Shown here: positions 56,831 through 64,000 of the stretch, piece by piece
Numbering within the stretch: position 1 is the stretch's first letter
How the letters are laid out: the number at the start of each line of letters is the position of its first letter
From: a candidate division WOR-3 bacterium
GTDB taxonomy: Bacteria > Hydrothermota > Tepidihabitantia > B3-TA06
Length of the DNA: 64,000 nt
Direction: 5' to 3'
Assembly (NCBI GenBank): GCA_965649265.1
Contig: CBFGKC010000007.1
Span: 1-64,000 of the forward strand
Translations under genes and position numbers: made by a program
Notes under the pieces: generated by a model
What the model was told of the DNA's origin: nothing
Database searches by the model: none
The model's input: the letters and a program-made list of their open reading frames with translations, nothing else

Positions 56831-57532
56831 GTGCCTGAAGAAAAGCGACTCCTGAAGCAGCTACAATCTTCGGATACAAAATTACACGAATTACAAACCC
56901 AGCACGACGCAATTCCAAAAAAAATCAAAGCCCTTGAAGCGGAGATCGAAGCGCTCCGTCACGGAATTGAGGAGTTGAAGGCCTCGCGCATAACCGCGCA
57001 AAAGGAGCTCAAAACGGCTGAGCTAAACCTGGGCACGCAGGAGGAGGCGGTGGGCAAGTACAACTCCCAGCTCTTCAGCGCAAGGACGAACGAGGAGTAC
57101 AAGGCCTTTCTCAAGGAAATCGAGACCGCGGAGAAGAACAAGAAGGCGTTTGAGGACAAGATAATCGAGTGGATGGAGACCATCGAGCGCATTGACAAGG
57201 AGATTGTCGCGAAAGAGGCCGAACTCAAGAGCGAGGAGGCCGTCAAGCGTATCGAGATTGAGTCGGAAAAGGCGAAAGGGGCAGGGCTCGAGCAGGAGAT
57301 AAAAGAGGAGAAGGAAAAGAGGGGGAATTTCCGCAAAGCGGTTCCTGCGAACATCCTGGCCATATACGACCGGATTCAAAAGAACAAGGGCGTGCTTGCC
57401 GCCGCGCTCATACTCGAGGGCAACCGGTGCTCAGGCTGCTTCAACCTTGTGCCCGCCCAGAAGGCAATAGAGGCCGAGCACTCGAGCGAACTCTCCTTCT
57501 GCGAATACTGCGGCAGAATCCTTATTAAATAA
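56831..57532 (+). CDS. Coiled-coil C4 zinc-ribbon protein (DUF164/CT398-like)
   Basis: TNEEYKA..EI, YDRI, CSGC..CEYCGRIL. Confidence 0.9.
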   Translation: MPEEKRLLKQLQSSDTKLHELQTQHDAIPKKIKALEAEIEALRHGIEELKASRITAQKELKTAELNLGTQEEAVGKYNSQLFSARTNEEYKAFLKEIETAEKNKKAFEDKIIEWMETIERIDKEIVAKEAELKSEEAVKRIEIESEKAKGAGLEQEIKEEKEKRGNFRKAVPANILAIYDRIQKNKGVLAAALILEGNRCSGCFNLVPAQKAIEAEHSSELSFCEYCGRILIK

Positions 57533-57567
57533 CCACCGATGATCTGCGGGAACGCGGAGAACAAAAA

Positions 57568-57996
57568 GTGACGGTTCAAAAGAAAATTTTTCCTGACGAC
57601 GCTGACACTGCCCAGGCCTGGATAGACGGCGCCTCCAGCGGTAACCCCGGCCCTGCGGGCGCGGGCGGGATCATCAAGAGGGAAGGAAAGGTCGTGGGAA
57701 GCTTCAGCGTGTTTCTTGGCGAGCAAACCAACAACTTTGCCGAATACTCTGCGCTCATACTCGTTCTCGAAAAGGCGGAAGAGCTCGGAATCCGTTCTCT
57801 GGAGGTGCGCACGGACTCGGAGCTTCTCTTCAGGCAGATGACCGGCCGCTACAAGGTTCGCAACCCGGGGATACTCGAATTGTACGAGAAGGCGATTTCG
57901 ATAAAGAGGAAATTCAAAATGGTGCGCATACTGCACGTTCCGCGCGAGGAGAACAAGGAAGCCGACAAGCTCGCGCGCGCCGCTCGCGGAGGATGA
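57568..57996 (+). CDS. rnhA: Ribonuclease HI family protein
   Basis: DGASSGNPG, TNNFAEY, DSEL, REENKEADKLA. Confidence 0.9.
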   Translation: MTVQKKIFPDDADTAQAWIDGASSGNPGPAGAGGIIKREGKVVGSFSVFLGEQTNNFAEYSALILVLEKAEELGIRSLEVRTDSELLFRQMTGRYKVRNPGILELYEKAISIKRKFKMVRILHVPREENKEADKLARAARGG

Positions 57997-57999
57997 GAG

Positions 58000-58860
58000 T
58001 TGAGCGCGTTCGCGCGCCTTATCCCCTACCTCTCGCTGGTTGAACGGGCGCTGCCCGGCAGAGTGGTTGACCATGCGGCAAAGGATCTGGGAAGGATGCT
58101 GTCAAAAATTCAAAGGAGCAGGCGGCTGGCAGCCCGCAAGAACGCGCGGATGCTGGGACTGCACGATGTTGAAGGGATCGCGGAGCGCACGATATTCAAC
58201 TGGACGCTTTCGCTCTCCGATCAATTGAAGTCTTTGTGGATGGCCAGGGAGCGGCTCCTGGGGATGGTGCAGGACCACGCGAGCGCGAACCTGAACAATG
58301 CCCTTGTCGAGGGCCGCGGAGTCGTGCTCGTGACCGCCCATCTCGGGAATTACGAGCTGGCAGGCTCCTGGCTTGCGGCACTCGGCTTCCCGGTACATGC
58401 GGTGGTCGAGGAGATCGGGGGCGGCCACAGCAATGAAATGGAAAGGATCCGCAGGAGGTTCGGCATGGGGATAATATTGGAAAGTGACGTGGACGGGATG
58501 CTCAATGTTCTCCGCAAAGGCGGGATTCTGGTTCTGCTCGCCGACAGAGCCCTGGGCAGGGGCGGCATGACGATGCGTTTCGGCGAAGGATGGAGGAGGA
58601 TACCTGCGGGTCCTGCGCTGCTTTCCTTAAGAACCGGCGCGGTGGTTCAGACAGGCTACTTCGTAATGACTGGGAAAACCGGATATTACAGGTGTGTCAT
58701 AAATCCCCACTTCGAAATCCCGACCAGGGGAAGTCTCAGGGAAAAAATGCTTGCCTTGACCGAAGGAGTCGTGGAAGAGTTGGTGAGGGCGGTTACCCTT
58801 TATCCCGACCAGTGGTTCGCGTTCCAGGATGAGTGGGAAAAACTTGACGAAACGCGGTAG
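58000..58860 (+). CDS. Lysophospholipid/lipid A-type acyltransferase (LpxL/PatA family)
   Basis: HLGNYE, LADR, PAGPA, PDQWF. Confidence 0.85.
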   Translation: MSAFARLIPYLSLVERALPGRVVDHAAKDLGRMLSKIQRSRRLAARKNARMLGLHDVEGIAERTIFNWTLSLSDQLKSLWMARERLLGMVQDHASANLNNALVEGRGVVLVTAHLGNYELAGSWLAALGFPVHAVVEEIGGGHSNEMERIRRRFGMGIILESDVDGMLNVLRKGGILVLLADRALGRGGMTMRFGEGWRRIPAGPALLSLRTGAVVQTGYFVMTGKTGYYRCVINPHFEIPTRGSLREKMLALTEGVVEELVRAVTLYPDQWFAFQDEWEKLDETR

Positions 58861-58871
58861 TTGAGTATGCT
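58844..58871 (+). promoter_or_regulatory. Internal promoter for purN, probably leaderless
   Basis: TTGACG-16bp-TATGCT, ATG 7 nt downstream. Confidence 0.55.
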
Positions 58872-58878
58872 AACGCCG

Positions 58879-59511
58879 ATGAAGAAAGCGCGTCTCGCAA
58901 TACTGGCCTCGGGCAGAGGCTCCAATGCGGCATCCATCATCGAGAAAACTAAGGATGAGGACTTCAGTGCCGAGGTCGTGCTGCTCGTGTCGGATAAAAG
59001 GGATGCACCGGTATTGGAAAAAGCGAGGGCGCTGGGAGTGAATGCAATCTATCTCGACCCGGGCCCCAAAAAAACCTTTTTGCTTCCTGAATTCGAGCAG
59101 CGCTGGGTTGACGTATTAAAGGAACATGATGTGGATTACGTGCTTCTGGCCGGTTTCATGCGGGTGTTGAAAAAGACATTTCTGGATGCATTCAAGGGGC
59201 GCGTCGTCAACATTCACCCCTCTCTTCTGCCCGCGTTTCCTGGGCTTGCTGCGCAGCGGCAGGCACTCGATTACGGGGTGAAGTACTCGGGCGCGACCGT
59301 GCATTTCGTGGACGACACGCTGGACGCGGGTCCCATAATTCTTCAGGAACCGGTCATGGTTCTGGACACGGATACGCCGGAAACGCTCGAGGCGCGAATA
59401 TTGGAAACGGAGCACCGCATTTATCCCGAAGCGGTAAAACTCCTTGTAGAGCAGCGATTAAAAATTGAAGGACGCAGAGTTCAAGTCCTGAAGGAGGAGC
59501 ATGGCGGATAA
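58879..59511 (+). CDS. purN: Phosphoribosylglycinamide formyltransferase
   Basis: SGRGSN, LAGFMR, NIHPSLLP, DAGPII. Confidence 0.95.
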   Translation: MKKARLAILASGRGSNAASIIEKTKDEDFSAEVVLLVSDKRDAPVLEKARALGVNAIYLDPGPKKTFLLPEFEQRWVDVLKEHDVDYVLLAGFMRVLKKTFLDAFKGRVVNIHPSLLPAFPGLAAQRQALDYGVKYSGATVHFVDDTLDAGPIILQEPVMVLDTDTPETLEARILETEHRIYPEAVKLLVEQRLKIEGRRVQVLKEEHGG

Positions 59512-60529
59512 GCTCAATGTGGCCGTGATCGGCTGCGGCTCCCGCGCCCAGACCGCGCACCTGCCTTATTTAAAGAAAAACGAGAAAGTTGTCCTTCGCG
59601 CGCTTTGCGATCCCGACGAGGCCAAGCTTGTCGGCCTCGGCGACCGCTATCGCCCGGAGAAGATCACTACAGACTACAACGAGATTCTCAACGATTCCGA
59701 AATCGATGCCGTCGTTATCTCGACGCCCAACTACCTGCATCATCCGATGGCCATGGCCGGGCTGGACTACGGCAAGCATGTTCTCGTGGAACTGCCTATG
59801 GCGCTCGACGAATCGAAGGCAAAGGAACTCATCTCTCATTCCAGGGCGAAGAAAAAGGTGCTGGCGGTCGCTCACACCGAGCACTTCAGACCGGACGCCA
59901 TATTGATGAGGCAGCTTGTGGAACGCAAGGAAATAGGCCAGGTAACATATGCCAAAACAGGCTGGCTGCGCTCGGCGCAGAAGTGGAATCTCGTCGGCTG
60001 GCGCCGCGACAAGCTTTCATCGGGCGGAGGCGCGTTCTTCACGCTCGGCGTCCCGCTGATTGACCTCGCGCTCTTCATACTCGGAGACCGTGAGCCGGTA
60101 ACGATATCGGGCATGGCCTTCAAGAGGGACGCGGAGATGGAAGTTGAAGATTCCGCCGTAGCCCAGATGCGGTTTTCGGATAACACGATCCTTACAATCG
60201 AGGTAAGCTGGATTCTTCACGAACAGCGCGACGTCCTGTACTTAAACATCTACGGCACAAGGGGCGCGGCGCTTCTTACGCCTTTCGAGATACACAAGGA
60301 GATGTTCAACCGTCTCGTCAACGTTGCCCCGGCGGTCAACAAGAAAGGCTCCTACCAGTCCTCATACCAGGCCCAGACCAACGCGTTCGTGTCGGCATCC
60401 CTGAAGAACACGAAATATCCCATCCCCCTGGAGGACGCACTGCTTTTGAACAAGCTTACGGACGCCTTTTACCGCTCCGTCAAGGAACAAAGGGAAGTAT
60501 CATTAAGCACAGGCTCGAAGAAACGCTAG
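59501..60529 (+). CDS. Gfo/Idh/MocA family oxidoreductase
   Basis: IGCG, STPNYLH, GKHVLVELP, SGGG, VEDSA. Confidence 0.9.
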   Translation: MADKLNVAVIGCGSRAQTAHLPYLKKNEKVVLRALCDPDEAKLVGLGDRYRPEKITTDYNEILNDSEIDAVVISTPNYLHHPMAMAGLDYGKHVLVELPMALDESKAKELISHSRAKKKVLAVAHTEHFRPDAILMRQLVERKEIGQVTYAKTGWLRSAQKWNLVGWRRDKLSSGGGAFFTLGVPLIDLALFILGDREPVTISGMAFKRDAEMEVEDSAVAQMRFSDNTILTIEVSWILHEQRDVLYLNIYGTRGAALLTPFEIHKEMFNRLVNVAPAVNKKGSYQSSYQAQTNAFVSASLKNTKYPIPLEDALLLNKLTDAFYRSVKEQREVSLSTGSKKR

Positions 60530-60615
60530 GCCGCTTCAGCTGGCTCCTGGCACTTCTCTCAGGATTCCTTCTATCATTTTCTTTTGCCCCTTACCCGACG
60601 AGGTTCATCGCATTT

Positions 60616-62079
60616 GTGGCCTTCATCGGTCTTTTCTGGATTATTGAAAAAAAACCCAAAGCCTTTCTCCACGGCTGGCTCTTCGGTGTAGGCCTTGCCG
60701 CAGGCCAGATGTGGTGGATCATGTCGCAGACATTTCCCCTGAGGCCGTTCATAAGATTTCTGTTGATTGCGGGAGTGATTCTGCTCGTCGGCTTTCTGGG
60801 GCTCTTCCAGGGGCTCGCAGCCTCGATTATCAAGAGAACCGGACTCTGGACGGCTCCCCTTGTGTGGCCCGCCGTCGAGATGCTGCGGGAGCTTACCGAT
60901 CTTGCCTTTCCGTGGGAACTGCTCGGCTACAGCGTTACACCCTGGCCCATACTCACTCAAACGGCGTCTATCTGGGGGGTGTACGGACTTGGTTCAATAA
61001 TAATCCTCGTCAATCTCGGCATATACAAAATAATCACGAACTGGAAGGACCGCGTTCCGAGGACGCGCTGGGCTCTCGTTCTTGCAGGAACGCTTCTTTT
61101 CGTAGTCGGGTTCGGCGCGATAAGACTCGCGACCGCGCGGAAAACTCCGGAGATCAAGGTGGCGCTTCTGCAGCCTAATGTCCCGACAGTAATCAAGGGC
61201 TCGCTTGCCGAACGCGACTCGCTCGTCGGCGCGATGCTCGAGATGACCAGGGAGGCCGCTCGCAAGAAGCCGGACTTGATTCTTTATCCTGAAACCTCTA
61301 CCCTCGCCGATATCACGAGAAAAGGCAAATACACGGACGCCTACCTGCAGCTTGCGGACAGCATTGATATTCCTGTCGCGACCGGTATCTTCTACTGGGT
61401 TCAGCAAGGCCAGCGAATGCGTTTCGCCAACGCCGCCACGGTGATTGATTCGAGTGGAAGGATCGGGGACGTTTACATAAAGATAAGGCTCGCGCCGTTC
61501 GGCGAGACCATACCGTTCGAGAACCTGCTGCCGTTTCTTGCAAAGATCGACGTTCAGGGCGGACACCATTACAGGGGGAGGGAGTATGTCGTCTACAAAG
61601 ACGCGCCCGTGCCGATTTCATTCCTCATATGCTACGAATCCATATTTCCACTGCTCACGCGAAATTTCGTTCACAAGGGAGCAAAGATGCTCTGCAACGT
61701 GACCAACGACGTCTGGTTCGGAGAGATGCAGGGTCCCAAACAGCACGCGGAGATGGCTCCGATGCGCGCGGTCGAGAACGGCGTCCCTCTGATAAGGGCC
61801 GCGAACAACGGGATATCGATGATCGTTGACCCCTACGGCCGAGTATTGAAAGAAAGTCCGCTGATGGTCAAGACTATCGTGGAAGGCGATGTGCCGACTG
61901 CCATAGGCCCGACGATCTTCACGCAAGCCGGATTTCTTTACCCTTACCTTGCCGCCGCGTTCGTGATAGCGATGCTCGTCACTAGGTTAGTTTCAAAAGG
62001 TGGGCGGCCCAGGCAATCAACTGGGACAGAACAAGGTTCCCCTCGACAATCGTCTCGAAAAAAACATCCGAGTAGTTAG
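60616..62079 (+). CDS. lnt: Apolipoprotein N-acyltransferase; true start probably upstream (~60499)
   Basis: FPW..LGY, QPN, YPET, K..LAPFGE, ICYES, TNDVWF, RAVEN. Confidence 0.92.
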   Translation: MAFIGLFWIIEKKPKAFLHGWLFGVGLAAGQMWWIMSQTFPLRPFIRFLLIAGVILLVGFLGLFQGLAASIIKRTGLWTAPLVWPAVEMLRELTDLAFPWELLGYSVTPWPILTQTASIWGVYGLGSIIILVNLGIYKIITNWKDRVPRTRWALVLAGTLLFVVGFGAIRLATARKTPEIKVALLQPNVPTVIKGSLAERDSLVGAMLEMTREAARKKPDLILYPETSTLADITRKGKYTDAYLQLADSIDIPVATGIFYWVQQGQRMRFANAATVIDSSGRIGDVYIKIRLAPFGETIPFENLLPFLAKIDVQGGHHYRGREYVVYKDAPVPISFLICYESIFPLLTRNFVHKGAKMLCNVTNDVWFGEMQGPKQHAEMAPMRAVENGVPLIRAANNGISMIVDPYGRVLKESPLMVKTIVEGDVPTAIGPTIFTQAGFLYPYLAAAFVIAMLVTRLVSKGGRPRQSTGTEQGSPRQSSRKKHPSS

Positions 62080-63721
62080 ACTCGCTGCGGGTGAGCCAGA
62101 GGGTGACGAAAGCGTAAGCGAGATTTACAAGAAGCAGGAGTGCCAGCGCGGAAGACCATCTGAGCACGAAGGCCGCGACCAGCATGAGGGCGGCAATGAA
62201 AAGAATCAAGGCGCCAAGCCTTCGCGTTTTGCTTTCACCTATAAGAACCGGTATCGTCTCGCGGCCCACCATGCGGTCACCCTGAACGTCGCGAATGCTG
62301 TAAACAAGGGAACGCGTAAAGGCGAGACTGAAAACAAAAAAAGCGGAAACGCCAGTCGCGAGAGTAAAGCCCGTACCGCTGGCCGGCACGACGAGAACGG
62401 CGATGATGACAGTCCAGGCCATACCGAGGAACATATCCTTGGAACCCGGGATATCCATGAGCCTTCTCGCGGATTCCTTGCCCAGCTTGAAGAGTTCCAT
62501 CCTGTAGATGAGCCCAAGAAGCGACATTGCCAGTATGAAGATGAACGTCAAAGGCCCGAGGAAATATGACAAGACCAGAGACGATGCCGTACCGGTGATT
62601 CCCAGGGTAAGGAGCAACCTTCTGAAACGGTCGTAGAAATCGACCCTCGCGGGATAGTTGATCTCGGTCACGAAACGATCGGTAAAGTGATTCAAGAGAT
62701 GCATCCCGAAGATGTAGGCGGCGACTATGATCTGGAACGAAAGGCTGGGTTCTATTCCCTGAAGTCTCGATGCGGCGTAGAGAAGCTGAGCGGCTGCGAA
62801 GGCAACAAGGATATTGCTGCGCACGATAAACCGCCAGAATTCGAGCAGCATGGTGCGGACGCTGAACCTGCTCCCCGACGAACGTTCAAGGGAATGAAGA
62901 ATACGTCTTATCATCCACGACGGCGTCGATGCTCCAGCCGCGACACCGACGGTGTTGTAGCCCTTGAGTTTCTCAACCGGGAGATCCGCCTCAGTCTCAA
63001 CCTGGATGGCGGGGACATGCTCCTCAGCGGCTATCTCGACCAGCCTTCTGGTATTGGCGCTTTGAAATCCACCAACAACGATAAGTGCCTGGACCTCCTT
63101 CGCGAGTCTGCGAACCTCAAGCTGGCGTTCGTCCGTGGCCTCGCATATCGTTTCGTAAATCTCTGCATCGGGACGAAGCCTCTGGAGTTCGGCGGAAAGC
63201 GCTCTCCACAGGACAAGATTCTGCGTGGTCTGGGCCATGAAGTAAATCTTCTGGCTTCGAGGGATTTTCTCCAGGACCGCCCTCAGCCCCTCTGCGTCCT
63301 TGATAATACTTGCTTTTCCGCCGGCGTGAGCGGCTATCGCTTTTACCTCGGAATGTTCGGCGTCGCCGAACAATACGACTCGCGCACCTTCTTTTTCCGC
63401 CCGCCCGGCAAGCTGCTGGACGCGGGCTACTTTCGGACAAGTTGCATCTATTACCCGGAAGTTCCTCTTCTCGAGTTCAGCTTTTATCTCCGGTTTTACG
63501 CCGTGTGAACGGATTATTACCGAAGCACCGTCAGGTATCGCGTCCATGCTTCCGGCTACGCGTACACCCCTTTGTTTGAGTATTTCGAGAACCTGGGGGT
63601 TGTGAATCAATTCGCCGAGCGTGAAAAGATTGTCGCTGTGGAGTGCCGCCTCAAAGGCGAGATTGACCGCACGCCGAACCCCGTAGCAAAAGCCTGAGAT
63701 TCGCGCGAGCTTTATTCTCAC
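61982..63721 (-). CDS. ispH: IspH (HMBPP reductase) fused to a UbiA-family prenyltransferase domain
   Basis: GFCYGV, IHN, DATCP, AQTT, TICEAT, SANT, GASTP; then TMs with NHFTD and RDVQGD; GTG start overlaps the purF stop. Confidence 0.92.
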   Translation of the reverse strand: MRIKLARISGFCYGVRRAVNLAFEAALHSDNLFTLGELIHNPQVLEILKQRGVRVAGSMDAIPDGASVIIRSHGVKPEIKAELEKRNFRVIDATCPKVARVQQLAGRAEKEGARVVLFGDAEHSEVKAIAAHAGGKASIIKDAEGLRAVLEKIPRSQKIYFMAQTTQNLVLWRALSAELQRLRPDAEIYETICEATDERQLEVRRLAKEVQALIVVGGFQSANTRRLVEIAAEEHVPAIQVETEADLPVEKLKGYNTVGVAAGASTPSWMIRRILHSLERSSGSRFSVRTMLLEFWRFIVRSNILVAFAAAQLLYAASRLQGIEPSLSFQIIVAAYIFGMHLLNHFTDRFVTEINYPARVDFYDRFRRLLLTLGITGTASSLVLSYFLGPLTFIFILAMSLLGLIYRMELFKLGKESARRLMDIPGSKDMFLGMAWTVIIAVLVVPASGTGFTLATGVSAFFVFSLAFTRSLVYSIRDVQGDRMVGRETIPVLIGESKTRRLGALILFIAALMLVAAFVLRWSSALALLLLVNLAYAFVTLWLTRSESNYSDVFFETIVEGNLVLSQLIAWAAHLLKLT

Positions 63722-64000
63722 GTTTTGGAAGAAGAGGAAGACGGTGATGAAGGCGAGGGGGACGAAGATGACGAGGAGGGCGAGGAGGGCGGCCTGGCTG
63801 AATTCCTTTCGGCGGCAATTTGATGGAGATCGTTTTCGGAAACTGGTGTCGGATAATCTCCCGAGAAACATGCAGTGCAGAATTTCATATCGCGCTCTCC
63901 CCTGACCGCATTGACCATGTCGTCGTAGTTCTGGTAAATCAATCTATCCGCGCCTATAAGACGTTCAATATCCTTTTCAGAATGATCCTTGGCAATGAAT
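63718..64000 (-). CDS. purF: Amidophosphoribosyltransferase, C-terminal part (5' partial)
   Basis: IGADRLIYQ, FCTACFSGDYP; Ser/Pro tail. Confidence 0.85.
   Translation of the reverse strand, partial: FIAKDHSEKDIERLIGADRLIYQNYDDMVNAVRGERDMKFCTACFSGDYPTPVSENDLHQIAAERNSARPPSSPSSSSSSPSPSSPSSSSSKT

Overview
Chromosomal window of a diderm, probably anaerobic bacterium. The T9SS-like C-terminal domains, gene content and 16S gene suggest a WOR-3/TA06-like candidate phylum (inference). It holds about 65 CDSs: purH/purN/purF, split transketolase, ftsEX-envC-holB, an rfbD-ispE-tRNA-Gln-prs-rplY-pth-ychF-rpsF-ssb-rpsR-rplI-tyrS cluster, a TonB receptor with DUF4249 lipoproteins, M16/M6 peptidases, an anchor-less fumarate-reductase-like pair and an IspH-UbiA fusion. 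RNA genes are a stand-alone 16S rRNA (no 23S/5S) and three tRNAs. Main signals: (1) several REP-like palindrome families cluster around low-GC cargo genes, including an OLD-type ATPase-TOPRIM gene bounded by a perfect 15-bp inverted repeat with an apparent empty-site counterpart; (2) a dispersed 37-39 nt GGGGTCCCC...GGGGT hairpin family with compensatory stem changes, three copies next to 11-bp iteron-like arrays; (3) an unusual initiation grammar: 22 of 25 sigma70-like promoters found by eye have 16-bp spacers, 11 genes look leaderless, two genes seem to need ATC/ATT starts, and the initiator tRNA and 16S h31 loop are variant; (4) a promoter- and terminator-bounded ~190 nt candidate ncRNA upstream of the 16S gene. 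All calls come from reading the sequence; no searches were run.
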